NCBI GenBank assembly: GCA_030390025.1
Contig: CM059432.1
Coordinates: 15,006,001-15,070,000, forward strand
Length of the DNA stretch: 64,000 nt
DNA from: Squalus acanthias
Taxonomy: Eukaryota
Reading direction: 5' to 3'
Positions 1-12,403 of this stretch are shown piece by piece. How positions within the stretch are numbered: the stretch's first letter is position 1; the number at the start of each line of letters is the position of its first letter. A model generated the notes under the pieces. That model was not told where the DNA came from and ran no database searches. It was given only the letters and a program-made list of their open reading frames with translations. Both the position numbers and the translations under genes were made by a program.

Positions 1-200
1 TTATTACAGTCCATATAAATAAAAGGGGGCATTATTTTATCCATATCAATAAAGAGGCATTCTACTGTCCATATAAATAAAAGGGGGGATTATACTCTCT
101 ACATAAATAAAGGGGGAATTGTACTGTCCATATAAATAAAGAGACATTGTTTGTGCATATAAATAAAGGGGGGCAATATACTGTCCCTATAAATAAGTAT
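1..200. repeat. Degenerate ~29-30 bp minisatellite, about 7 units
   Basis: Recurring unit like tactgtccatataaataaaaggggggcat. Confidence 0.8.
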
Positions 201-775
201 ATAAATTCACAGTTGCAGCTGCTACTAAGCTATGTTGGGCCTGTGTGTATTAGGGCACTATGGTATGAGGTACAGGGAACTTGGACTGTCAATACAACAT
301 TTCCAAACCACAGTTACATCAATTGAGCTTATTGTGAGCATCCTTCTTCATCTAATTCTATCAATCTTGTAAAAAATAATGCGCTTAAACAGTGAAGGCT
401 GCTGACATGATTGATTTGGAGAAGTTACTGAGCTGAACAGGTTGGTGCGTCTGCTGTCTACTTTTAGAGAGCAGGATGACGAGAGGGCATCCAGATCCTT
501 CCTCTGAAGTGCCTTCATTGTTTCTGACTGCTCTCTGATAGATTCATCTGTTAACATAACCCAGTTTTAGTGAATCTGCTCATTTATGTTGTCGAGGAAA
601 CTTGGGGAAAGGCCCACACGTGGTGAAAACACATTGCGGCCCCGTGGGCAAACAGTTGAGTCCATCCATGGCCAGGCTCAAAAATGGTGGAAGAAATCCA
701 AGTGATGGCGACAGTAGCTGTTTATCTTTGCCTCTAATGGCACCCAGCGGCAGCAAACAAAAATCCCTTCCAAGT

Positions 776-1117
776 GGACATAAGAACATAAGGATTAGGA
801 GCAGGAGTAGGCCATTCGGCCCCTCGAGCCTGCTCCATCACTCAATAAGATCATGGCTGATCTTCGACCTCAACTCCACTTTCCTGCCCGATCCCCATAT
901 CCCTTGATTCCCCTAGAGTCCAAAAATCTATCTATCTCAGCCTTGAATATACTCAATGACTCAGCATCCACAGCTCTCTGAGGTAGAGAATTCCAAAGAT
1001 TCACCACCCTCTGAGTGAAGAAATTTCTCCTCATCTCAGTCCTAAATGGCCGACCCCTTATCCTGAGACTGTGACCCCTGGTTCTAGACTCTCCAGCCAG
1101 GGGAAACAACCTCTCAG
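776..1117 (-). mobile_element. CR1 LINE 3' fragment
   Basis: ORF 870-1109 has the CR1 ORF2 C-terminus (TRGHSLRI...RRNFFTQRVVNLWNSLP); ttatgttc-type tail repeats. Confidence 0.9.
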
Positions 1118-1138
1118 GATCCCAGTGGACTTATAGCG

Positions 1139-1793
1139 CCGTGTTGTTCAATACATTGCCCACTCGCCATATGTGGCTAATTGGGAAACCAGATATGGCT
1201 AATTGTATTTTTGATAATAAATAAAAAATGATTACGAGACACTGTCGTTAGGCATGTGATCTCAATACTTGTATTTGCACAGCGTATGCATGTGTACTTT
1301 AATCTTTTTGAGAGTTTGTTGGCAAGATGGAAAGCGGAGTGTGCGAGTGTTTTTTGTTCGTCTTGTGTGCTTTACGTCTTATGGTTAATTGTTATTGGCC
1401 ATCTGCTAAAATGACGGGTGAAAACAACATTGAAACACCAGCAACGTTGTATGGAGAGGGGGGCAGTCACTGGGGTCAGCTCGACCAATCGGAATAACCG
1501 CTGCAGGCCAGCAGAAGGAATCAGCCCAAGCAATAACGAGCTGCTCCAACAGGGCTCGTCATGGCAACGGACAAGCAGCATCCAAACGTGGTCTGGATGG
1601 AGAGCAGGGATGGGCCTGGTGGGGGTCTCAGTGCGAGTCAACATTCTCAGCAAGCACTCTGATGAAGTCAAAGTACCGCTCGCCACTGCAGCACAAAAAT
1701 CTAGAAGCGGCACTAAGGTGTGCTGTGTCTCATCAATTCACGCCAGAATTCCAAACTTTGGTGTTCGAGAAAGACTGTAAAGTTTCACACTGA
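1139..1793 (+). mobile_element. Internally deleted hAT (Charlie/Buster-like) DNA transposon with a transposase C-terminal remnant
   Basis: Left end ccgtgttgttcaatac...ccactcgccatatgtggcta resembles Charlie/MER33-type termini. 1629-1793 translates QCESTFSASTLMKSKYRSPLQHKNLEAALRCAVSHQFTPEFQTLVFEKDCKVSH*, a hAT dimerisation motif with the typical SH-stop. Right TIR not seen. Confidence 0.78.
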
Positions 1794-1989
1794 ATGGATG
1801 TTTATTAGGCAAATATACACCTGAAGTACATATGCCTGTATTGTGAATTTATTAAAATTAGTACATAGGGCTAAAACAGTGTCGAGTAGCTACGGCTGTC
1901 AGCGATTTCTGACTGACGACACCATTACAGTGAAGGTACAGTGCTTCTGACTGCACCCAGTGTTCAGAGACAGCAGGTGAAACACCCTC

Positions 1990-3023
1990 CCAACAACAAC
2001 TTGTATTTATATAGCGCCTTTAATGTAGTAAAACGTCCCAAGGCGCTGCACAGGAATATTTTAAGACAAAAAATTTGACACCGATCCACATAAGGATAAA
2101 TTAGGGCAGGTGACCAAAAGCTTGGTCAAAGAGGTAGGTTTTAAGGAGCGACTTAAAGGAGGAAAGAGAGGTAGCGAGGCGGAGAGGTTTAGGCAGGGAA
2201 TTCCAGAGCTTAGGGCCGAGGCAACTGAAGGCACGGCCACCAATGGTTGAGCGATTATAATCAGGGATGCTCAAGAGGGCAGAATTAGAGGAGCGCAGAT
2301 ATCTCGAGGAGGGTTGTAGGGCTGAAGGAGATTACAGAGATAGGAAAGGGCGAGGCCGTGGAGGGATTTGAAAACAAGGATGAGAATTTTGAAATCGAGG
2401 CGCTGCTTAACCGGGAGCCAATGTAGGTCAGCGAGCACAGGGGAGATGGGGGAACGGGACTTGGTGTGAGTTAGGACACGGGCAGCCGAGTTTTGGATGA
2501 CCTCAAGTTTACGTAGGGTGGAATGTGGGAGGCCAGCCAGGAGTGCATTGGAATAGTCAAATCTCGAGGTAACAAAGGCATGGATGAGGGTTTCAGCAGC
2601 GGATGAGCTGAGGCAAGGGCGGAGACGGGCGATGTTACGGAGGCGGAAGTAGGCGGTCTTTGTTATGCTGCAGATATGTGGTCGGAAGCTCATTTCAGGG
2701 TCAAATATGACACCAAGGTTGCGAGCAGTGTGGTTCAGCCTCAGACAGATGTTAGGGAGAGGGATGGAGTCAGTGGCTAGGGAATGGAGTTTGTGGCGGG
2801 GACCAAAAACAATGGCTTCGGTCTTCCCAATATTTAATTGGAGAAAATTTTTGCTCATCCAGAATTGTATGTCGGACAAGCAGTCTGACAATTTAGACAC
2901 CGTGGAGGGGTCGAGAGAAGTGGTGGTGAGGTAGAGCTGGGTGTCGTCAGCGTGCATGTGGAAACTGACGCTGTGTTTTCGGATGATGCCGCAAGGGGCA
3001 ACATGCAGATGAGAAATAGGAGG
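1990..3023 (-). mobile_element. L2 LINE 3' fragment (reverse transcriptase C-terminal part plus tail)
   Basis: ORF 2271-3026 has HADDTQLY, LQLNIGKTE, ARNLGVIFD, LHWLPVKQR; ends ggcgctatataaatacaagttgttgtt. Confidence 0.92.
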
Positions 3024-3154
3024 CAAACGGTTGCAAGGGTTTCACTATTCAATACCCTTCAGGATCTTGAATACTTTAATTGTCCCTCTCAGTCTTCACT
3101 ACTCCTAAATAATTTATTTCATTTATACAAAAACACATTCACTCCACGTGATAA

Positions 3155-4788
3155 CAAGAAACGGCTGAGCACACTGGATACAGCAAAGACTATGGGCCCC
3201 GACAACATCTTGGCTGTCGTGCTGAAGACTTGCGCTCCAGAACTAGCCGTGCTTCTAGCCAGTACAGTACAGCTACAACACTGGCATCTATCCAACAATG
3301 TGGAAAACTGCCCAGGTAAGTCCTGTACACAAAAAGCAAGACAAATCCAATCCGGCCAATTATCGCCCCATCAGTCTACTCTCAATCATCAGTAAAGAAC
3401 ATAAGAAGAACATAAGAAATAGGAGCAGGAATAGGCCACTTGTCCCCTCGAGCCTGCTCTGTGATGAAAGGTGTCATCGACACTGCTATCAAGCAGCACT
3501 TACTCACCAATAACCTGCTCACCAATGCACAGTTTGGGTTCCACCAAGACCACTCGGCTCCCGACCTCATTACAGCCTTGGTCCAAACATGGACAAAGGA
3601 ACTGAATTTCAGAGGTGAGGTGAGAGTGACTGCCCTTGACATCAAGGCAGCATTTGACCGAGTGTTGCATCAAGGAGCCCTAGTAAAACTGAAGTCAATG
3701 GGAATCGGGGGAAAACGCCCCACTGGCTGGAGTCATACCTAGCACAAAGGAAGATGGTTGAGTTGGTTGAAGGTCAATCATCACAGCCCAGGACTTCGCT
3801 GCAGGAGTTCCTCAGGGCAGGGTCCTAGGCCCAACCATCTTCAGCTGCTTCATCAATGACCTTCCCTCCAACATAAGGTCAGAAATGGGGATGTTCGCTG
3901 ATGACTGCACAGTGTTCAGTGCCATTCACAACTCCTCAGATAATGAAGCAGTCCATGCCCGCATGCAACAAGACCTGGACGACGTTCAGGCTTGGGCTGG
4001 TAAGTGGCAGGTAACATTCGCCCCACAGAAGTGCCGGGCAATGGCTATCTCCAACAAGCGAGAGTCTAACTACCGCCCCTTGACATTCAATGGTATTACC
4101 ATGGCCGAATCCCCCACCATCAATGTCCTGGGGGTCACCATTGACCAGAAACTTAACTGGACCAGCCACATAAATACTGTGGCAACAAGAGCAGGTCAGA
4201 GGCTAGATATTCTGTGGCGAGTGTCTCACTTCCTGACTCCCCAAAGCCTTTCCACCATCTACAAGGCACAAGTCAGGAGTGTGATGGAATACCCTCCACT
4301 TGCCTGGATGAGTGCAGCTCCAACAACACTCAAGAAGCTCGACACCATCCAGGACAAAGCAGCCCGCTTGATTGGCACCCCATCCACCACCTTAAACATT
4401 CACTCCCTCCACCACCAGCGTACCGTGGCTGCAGTGCGTACCATCTACAAGATGCACTGCAGCAACTCGCCAAGGCTTCTTTGGCAGCACCTCCCAAACT
4501 GGCGACCTCTTTCACCGAGAAGGACAAGGGCAGCAGGCGCATGGGAACACCACCACCTCCAAGTTCCCCTACCATTCTGACTTAGAAGTATATCGCCGAT
4601 CCTTCATCGTCAATGGATCAAAATCCTGGAACTCCCTACCTAACAGCACTGTGGGAGCACCTTCACCACACGGACTGCAGCGGGTCAAGAAGGCGGCTCA
4701 CCACCACCTTCTCAAGGGCAACTAGGGATGGGCAATAAATGCTGGCCTTGCCAGCGACGCCCACATCCCATAAACGAATGAAAAAAAA
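3155..4788 (+). mobile_element. 5'-truncated, frameshifted non-LTR retrotransposon of the CR1/L2/Jockey group
   Basis: Motifs GPDNI, NYRPISLLSIISK, QFGF, LDIKAAFDRV, GVPQG, FADD, LGVTIDQKLNW across several frames; ends in AATAAA and an A-rich tail. Confidence 0.9.
3397..3460 (-). mobile_element. 64-bp CR1 tail fragment inserted into the LINE RT
   Basis: gaacataagaagaacataagaaataggagcagg...cctgctct splits AGT AAA | GTG ATG (SK|VM) of the host frame. Confidence 0.85.
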
Positions 4789-5392
4789 ACATTAAAAATG
4801 GATTTGAATCAGAATTCTTTCCATCGTTTTTAACCCTGATTCTGGAAAAAAAACAGACCAAAAACTACGATTGTAAATGAGGATAAAATGGTGAGTTAGG
4901 CTGCAGTTCTCATTCTGTGCTCAGAAAGAGCTCATTAAAAAGCAATGTCATAATGATGCGAAGAGCAAAAGGTCTTTAGATAATCTAGTAATACCAATAG
5001 ATTTTATCACATGTACTTCAAACGTTTTGCTCGGTTTTTCAGTGAGATCGAACAAGAGTTTGATGTAAAGAATCTGCCAGTGTGATCATTAACGGTACGG
5101 GACTACAGGTTAAGGTTATACACGGTGAGAAGAAGAGTGCCTATTCCAGCATTCTGATGGCTAAATTCACCAAACTGTGTGGTACTGAGCCAGGCTGTGA
5201 AGGACTCAGGCCTGTGCTGAGTCAGATGGGTCGGCAGTATGAGTCTTTTATTTGCCTGTAGCACCACGGAGATACAGAGGGGTAAAGGGTCAGCCAGCAT
5301 TCCTTCTTCAGTGACCATCACGACCGCTGAATGTGCATGTGACTGGTGCGTCAAGGGCTGGTTCGCACCCATTTGCGTTGACCCCCCCTCAC

Positions 5393-5556
5393 CAATATTC
5401 CCTTTAAGCTGCGCGGCCGCACAGCTGTCTGTAGCTCCCGCGCAGCTTAAAGGTTTTGTAATAATAGGAAAATCCACGCATGTGTGGGAGTTTGAGTGGG
5501 CCGTGTCGCCCGTTAAAGGGGCTGCGCACCCACAAACCAATTGAAAGGGAACATTG
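5393..5556. mobile_element. hAT-type MITE, 164 bp
   Basis: Ends caatattccctttaa / ttgaaagggaacattg are imperfect inverted repeats; 8-bp flanks cccctcac / cccctcag match 7/8. Confidence 0.8.
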
Positions 5557-8329
5557 CCCCTCAGCCCCTATTCGAGTAGCCTCTCGCAGTTTAGGCTCAT
5601 GCATTAAGAATCAGTACATGACTGAGGTACCAGAGGGCACCGGTACCATGATACTGTATCCCAGCAAGAGTCGGCAACTTCAGGCCCTGAGGAGGGAAAA
5701 GCAATCAACCTAAGGGGGGGGGGGGGGGGGGGAAAGAAAAAAAATTCAAACGATCACAAAGCACTAATTGCCCGACTGGCAATGAATGACATTTCAAGAG
5801 GAATGACTCAGTTCTACAGAAGACCTTTAACCAGGGCTGCTCGCCTTGTTAAATTATTGTGTTGCTTGCTTGACCATGTTACGAAAGATGAGACCAGAGG
5901 CCAAGTAAAATTGCTCAAGTAATTTATTCAATGCAAATCAATCTGGAGCGATCTATAATCAAGATCAAGTGATTGCTTTGAGATGTGTCTGTGCTCCAGC
6001 TGGGACCGTGCTGACATTTCCCGCAGGTATTTTTGTCAGCAGGAAACATGTAGCTGATTGCAGATACTTGACAAAGTAATGGAAAATTACGCCAACCTAA
6101 GCTGCTCTTTTATTGGTCCAGCGCCATTCACAGTGCCGCCGGCTCTTGCCACGAGGTTCCCCGCAGTTGGCGGCAACACCCTACGTACCCTTGTTGAATC
6201 GCTCAGGTTAGCAGCTGAGTTGACCCTTCTTTTTTTTTAAACTGGGTCATCAGGGGAGTTGCAATTAGCAAATCCGGTAAGCTAACTTGAATGTTCTCCC
6301 TGCACTCTGTAAGCCCTGCACATCAGAAGACAGCTCAATATATGGCAGTAAATATAATATAATATAAAATCGTCCTTATTCAGGAGCCCACATACTGACA
6401 AAGTCTCACCAACAGTGACGTAAATTAGCACCAACTTCAACAGCCACAGTTTTTTTCCCCCCCCCCTGTGTGTTTACTGTTGTTGAATATTTTTAGTAAA
6501 ACAAAATGACAGTCTGTGGCATCAAAGCAATTGGCATTAAGGAGTTACTGAGTGTGGCAGAGTAAGGAAGCTGAATTAGCATCAGGAGAGATGTGGTCAT
6601 TAACCCAGGTGGCTTCACTTTATCTGTTAATTCAGTTTCCTCAAACTATCGGGCTCACTAACTCTTCCTGGCCAGTTACCCTTTCAGGGTTTGTAATCGT
6701 GCTCGACAATATTAGTAATGAGCATGCAAGTAGAATTGTATCAAATTCTCTATCCTTTATTTTAACAAAGGTGTTAACCTATTTATCTTAAATAGGCCAA
6801 TGCCTCTGTTAAAATAATAGACGAATTACACAAGCAAACATTAATACATTGCAACCAATATTGCGCAGCACGACTTCAAAGGACAATTCTTAAACGATCA
6901 CCAGTCAGTCTCTTGTGACCAAGTCCAGTCTTCAGGTGAGGCGGGGTAAGAGGGTGGAGATAATTGGAGATGTCATTCAGTCCCCCATTTTAAAGTCATG
7001 CATTCTGTTCTTATTTTTATGTGTCCATCATAAATTCCATTTGTAAATGGAAACTGCCGATGCGTACTTGTCACGTTGTAATTATACCCTCCTGCCATTG
7101 GTGGCACTGCAGTGCCTCCACTCGAGGTAGGTGTAATTACAGCATGGCCAGTTTACCAAGACAGCTTATGATCTAAAATGTGCAGAGTGGCAATTATAAA
7201 GAAGGGGAGGGGGGAATGACAGGAAGTTCACACAGAAGTATTTTTTTTTACTATATTATTATAGATAGCAGTGCAAAAAGTAACCTTACTGAACAACCAT
7301 GTTCCAAAAAAGCAAGACTCGCAGAATAAAATTTCCTTCCCCTCTCAGCTGAAGGCACTGACTCGTGTTGGGTTATGGTTCCGCAGGTGTCGAATGTCCT
7401 CCAGTAGTTCATAAAATGTGAAATTAGATAGTAAATGTCAGCAGCCATTTGACTGTGACAACAAGTGCAGCAACCCTACCACCAGCCCTGCTCAGTTCCG
7501 CTAGCTCAGCACAGACAGAAGGGTGGAACCTTTACTTTCCTTGTCTGGACAGAATATTTACCCAACAAGACCTTGGGGGAACCCCACAAAAGGACAAGAA
7601 TGCCAATTATAATTTCTACCTGTTTAAAGGTGGGGGAGGAGGTGGGGGGGTGGCCAACCAGGATGGGGGGGGTTGATCGGAAAGAAAGGCAACCAGGAAG
7701 GTGGGGCGGGCAGTGTTCTCCAGCGATCGAGGAGGGCAGAGGTCAGGAAAGGGGAGAATGGCGGCGGAGATCAGCAGCTTTGGCCGGCAGCAGTCCGTGT
7801 GCTTTGAAGGTGGGGTCAGAAGGAGCACTCCTATGTCTCCCAGCTCCACATTCAGGTAAGTATATTTTAAACACATATCTTGTTGGTTGCAGTCCCTTTA
7901 AGGCCCACCTATTAGGCCGCATGTAGGCCTGGTTTTCCTGAATGTAGTCAGGGCCGATTGCCTCCGGGCAATCCAATCTTGCAGTGGGGTTTCAAATGTG
8001 GCGTCAAGCCCCTCATTTGCATATGCAAAGGATCTCACACCATGTTTCAAGTGAGCGCCCTGGATGCCAATTTCTTTTTTGCCTATACCATTATGGCAGG
8101 TGACACACCTCCAGCTCCTAATGAGAGTGCGCTTCCTGCCTGCCATATTGGCGGCTTTGGAGGCCGTTTTATCAACAGTTATTGCCAAATCCTAGTTTCC
8201 GGCAACTGCTTTGCGTCCCGAGCTTAGGTGAGATGATGAATTCCTGATTTTTATTTGAACCAGTCCCTTTGGCCTGTGGTTTGGAGTATGGCCCTCAAAT
8301 AGGGTGAGGATACACTTGGATTCATCTAC

Positions 8330-8536
8330 TTGGGAATTCTCAACCCCAGAGAGCTGCGGATTATTGATTATATTCAAGACAGAGATCGATAGATTTTTGA
8401 ATACTAAGGGAATCAAGGGATATGGGGATAGTGCGGGAAGGTGGAGTTGAGGTAGAAGATCAACCATGATCTTATTGAAGCAGGCTCGAGGGGCCAAATG
8501 GCCCACTCCTGGTCCTCTTTCTTATGTTCTTATGTT
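8330..8536 (+). mobile_element. CR1 3' fragment
   Basis: gatagatttttg...aagggaatcaagggatatgg and ttatgttc tail. Confidence 0.85.
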
Positions 8537-9560
8537 AAAACAGGCAGCCTAGCCAGCGATGCCTACGAGCTTCCAGATTCACTCTAAGTAAGATGGAACT
8601 TAGATTCTATTTCCTGAATCACTGAAGGGTAAAATAACACAATTTCAAATTGCCGAATGCCAGCATAACTGTGATATTTCTCTAACCTTTATAGAACAGT
8701 ACTGGGATCTGAATCTCTTCTGATGTTTTAGTACTCTCATATGGTCCAATAGTCGAAATAAAACTCATGAACTGTTTGGGATTGAATCATATAGACAAGA
8801 ATCGCCCGAGGTTCAACGCGCTGCCTGTGCTCAGTTAGCTGATGTTGGCCTCAGTGCGTCAGTAGCGGCGCACCAATTGGCATCAGTGCGACCTGAGTCG
8901 GAATTCATCATCTAGGATCACACTTGATAAATGGCCACTGGAGGCCTGCTGGATCCTATGCAACAGGAACCCAGCAATTGTCAGTGCCATCAGTAGAGAA
9001 GGGGGGGGGGGGGAAAGCCTGGAGGAAAGGCAACAAAAATCAAACTCCAAAACTGTAGGGACATCACCACATTTTTCCTCCTTCAGAAGTTCCCACTGTG
9101 CTGTATTACCATTTCAGTGGAACGTGCTCCCAAAAGCAGTCTGCCTTTCTGAATAGCTCTGTGAGGACACAGTAGGGCTGACTTTCCTCTGCTTTGAACC
9201 AGGGAACACTCAGTGATGCAAAGCAAAAGACAAACGGATGAAGATCCATGATGCTGGGGTCTCTACCCCCTTTGCATCCCTAGATACTTCCTGAGGCTTC
9301 TCCAATTTGGTAGAGGGGCAAAGCAGCAGCAGTGCCTTCAACAGGTGAAGCTGCATAGGAATGAAGCAGGAGTGACGTCTCGACGCCTTTCACCTCATTT
9401 TCCTGGGTCTATGCTTGCCGAATACACCAACAGATGTTAACCAGCAGCAAGTGGACCTTCCTACTTCTGCCCAGTGCCGTCAGATTGAAAGATCTCAGAG
9501 GGGCAAGCAACAAGCACATGGAAGCTCAAAAAAAATAAGTACCTTCTTTCTTTTCAGGGT

Positions 9561-9968
9561 CATAGAAACATAGAAACATAGAATCTAGGAGCAGGAGTAG
9601 GCCATTCGGCCCGTCGAGCCTGCTCCGCCATTCAATACGATCATGGCTGATCATTCAAATCCAGTACCCTGTCCCTGCTTTAATCCCCACAGTACACATA
9701 TCCCACCCGACCCCCGTAACCCCACGTATTTAATTCCCCCTAACATATCCCATCCTATCCCCATAACCCCACATATTTAATCCCCCCCCCCTAACACTAA
9801 GGGTCAATTTATCATAGCCAAATCAACCTAACCCGCACATTTTTGGACTGTGGGAGGAAACCGGAGCACCCGGAGAAAACCCACGCAGACACGGGGAGAA
9901 TGTGCAAACTCCACACAGACAGTCACCCGAGGTCAGATTCGAACCCGGGTCTCTGGCGCTGTGAGGCA
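9561..9968 (-). mobile_element. HE1-like V-SINE with CR1 tail, lacking the 5' A-box
   Basis: B-box GGTTCGAATC, V-domain (gtgtggagtttgcacattctccccgtgtctgcgtgggttt on minus), tttctatg tail; homologous to 63109-63566. Confidence 0.88.
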
Positions 9969-10812
9969 GGAAGACAGTCAGCAGGAAGACAGTCAGGGCT
10001 GAAGACCTTCTGCCTGCACTTTGTGGACAACAACCAGAAGGCCCCACACTAGTAGCCATGACTACCACTGCATGCTGTTTAGGCTTCTAAACACAAGGCC
10101 TATTAAACTGACCTGACCAGAAATACATGCAAGTTCAGGACAGGCGGCGCTCACTATGGGTTGATGGTCGAGCGGAAAATCAGTCCTGTTATTTCCACCC
10201 CCCCCGCTCCACCTCAGAAGCATTTTCTTTCTTACTAGATCCAAATAATTAAGAGTGCAGACTTCCTTAGAAGGTGGGGAATTACAATTCCCTCGAGTAG
10301 GTGTGGGAAGAAAAGTCAGCCCGTGTTCCCACTCCTATCCAATAGCCCCCCTGCTGAAAAGTACCTGTGTGGATGTCAGGGAGGATGTGATTGGGATCCG
10401 CTGTGACACTTTAACCACCTTTGGGTGAATACCTTGCCAACACTCATTGTCTAATCTCACACATGAAGGACGGCCAATTGGCAAGATACAAGTGCCCATA
10501 AAAAAAAATCAAACTTCAACAAAAAGCAAAGAGGTGAAAATTTGAGAGAAAAAAAAATCAGACTATGAATTCCTGAAGGGTATCCTCCATCATGTGCACA
10601 ACTCACAATCAAGACCAGGAACATGACTGAAGGAACATATCAATATATTCACATTGTTTCATAATGGCCCCCCTCCAATGTGTTGTTATGGTTATAGATT
10701 GGAAAATCGAGACAAATACATCTAAACATAATGGGCATGTTTTTCACTGTGTGTGAAATATAGAATTGCAAACCGCAAAATTGCGCAACCACAAAATAAT
10801 ATATATTTTTAC

Positions 10813-10922
10813 CTCATAAAGCGTGATAATACCAAATGTTTCAATCGGCTCCTTCCATTGTAGATATATCTTCTCCTCGAAGGTGCTTCCTTGCACGGAG
10901 TCTATGGGGATTGCACCAGGCA
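10813..10922 (-). CDS. PTPRM: Next PTPRM coding exon (probably exon 9), not in the ORF track
   Basis: Minus strand ttttttttatgtctgcccattAG|TG CCT GGT GCA...CTT TAT GAG|GTaaaa gives (V)[36 protein letters not shown]. 110 nt, phase 1-0, joins in frame to the 309-nt exon. Confidence 0.92.
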
Positions 10923-11712
10923 CTAATGGGCAGACATAAAAAAAAAGTCAAAGGAAGGAATACGATTTTCTCTATCTACATGGCAGGGACAGAGCAGCCT
11001 AAAGTCCCTAATGGCATATGATGGTGTGTAATCTCCACTCATTGTCATTGGCAGCTCAACCTGTGGAGTTCAGTTTCATGACCTTAGCATCCACAAGACA
11101 CTTAACAGCATTGCAGGCTGCTGAGGAACTTCAGAAGCAAAGCTTTACAAAGGAAAGGCACAGAGGCTATGGCGCTGGTTGGATAACTCATGCCTGACAG
11201 TCACAAGAGTGTTACGGTCTACTTCCTCAGGCCAGATAAAAGTCAAATTACTCTGTGTTTCTCCTCAGAAAGATTTGATAGATTCTGGATATAAACATTT
11301 TTGGTTTATCTTCCTCTTAAAGAAATAAAAAAAAATATATATTTTTTTATGACCTGGAGGAAGCAGGTGTATTTATTGAGAACCAATGTATTGTGACTTC
11401 CTTGATGCAGTCAGATGTGGACCAATTGCAGAAGCGATCTTAATTGACAAAGTACCACATAATAGACTTGTTAGCAAAATTGAAGCCCACTGGCTAAGGG
11501 ACAGAAAGCAGAGAGTAGTGGTGAATGGTTGTTTTTCAGACTGGATGGAAGTATACTATGGTTTTCCCCAGGGGTTGATATTAGGGCCATTGCTCTTTTT
11601 GATATATATTAATGCCCTGGACTTGGGTATACAGGGCAAAATTTCAAAGTTTGCGGATGACACAAAACCTGAAAATGTAATAAACAATGAGGAGGATAGT
11701 AACAGACTTCAG

Positions 11713-11962
11713 TTTGCCTTGCACCATCCTCCCTTTTGTCTTTTAATCTCTCCTGCCTTCCATCCTATCGCAGATCTTCCCTTTTATTCTTTCCTCCCCT
11801 CCCCCCTTTCCCTGCCCCACACTTGCTTAAAACTCTGTTGCATCTCTAACTTTTTCCAGTTCTGACGAAGGGTCATCGACCTGAAACGTTAACTCTGTTT
11901 CTCTCTCCGCAGATGCTGCCTGACCTGCTGAGTATTTCCAGCATTTTCTGTTTTCATTTCAG
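11713..11962 (+). mobile_element. Penelope-like element 3' end inserted in CR1
   Basis: Homologous to the 3' UTR of the element at 23463-23960; ttcag repeated at both junctions. Confidence 0.8.
11858..11894 (+). ncRNA. Minimal type I hammerhead ribozyme motif, family A
   Basis: agtt-CTGACGA-agggtc atc gacct-GAAA-cgtt-aact: both core boxes, stem II ggtc/gacc, stem I agtt/aact, palindromic aacgtt in place of stem III. Confidence 0.75.
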
Positions 11963-12361
11963 GAGGACATAGGCTGGTGAAATGAGCAGACACATGGAGG
12001 ATGAAATTTAATGCAGAGACGTGCGAAGTGATTAATTTTGGTAGGAAGAATGAGGAGAGGCAATATAAACTAAATGATACAATTTTAAAAAGGGTGCAGG
12101 GACGGAGAGACCTGGGGGTGTACGCACACAAATATTTGAAGGTGGCAGAGCAAGTTTGCAGGGTTATAGGGAAATAGCTGGGGTATGGGACCAAATTAAA
12201 CAATACAGACATGACAGGCCAATTGGCCTCCTTCTGTGCTGTAAGATTCTATGATTCTAAGTTAAGAAGGCTGTTAAAAAACCATATGGGATCCTTGGCT
12301 TTGTTAATAGAATTGAGAGGTCGCACAACACCAGGTTATAGTCCAACAGTTTTATTTGAAA

Positions 12362-12403
12362 TCACAAGCTTTCGGAGCTATCGATTGCTCCTTCCTCAGG
12401 TGA
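12362..12403 (-). ncRNA. Minimal type I hammerhead ribozyme motif, family B, sense to PTPRM
   Basis: Minus strand tcac-CTGAGGA-a ggagc aatcgata gctcc-GAAA-gctt-gtga, inside a 96-bp insert (12313-12408) flanked by gttaatagaa at 12303-12312 and 12409-12418. Confidence 0.8.

Noticed and set aside
348..557. 69-aa minus-strand ORF as the next PTPRM exon
   Set aside because: No resemblance to the expected continuation of the FN3 sequence and no convincing splice sites.
1372..1780. ORFs of 113 and 120 aa
   Set aside because: Alternative frames over the hAT relic; the meaningful frame is 1629-1793.
2271..4580. Long RT ORFs as active retroelements or host genes
   Set aside because: Both are 5'-truncated; the second is frameshifted and interrupted by an insert.
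5714..5732. Poly-G run as a functional G-quadruplex (also near 21832 and 27846)
   Set aside because: Simple homopolymers of uncertain assembled length with no supporting evidence.
9966..9995. 15-bp direct repeat gcaggaagacagtca as the SINE target duplication
   Set aside because: Both copies are on the same side of the SINE, so it is a local tandem duplication.
10836..11021. Plus-strand 61-aa ORF
   Set aside because: Antisense shadow of the 110-nt PTPRM exon.
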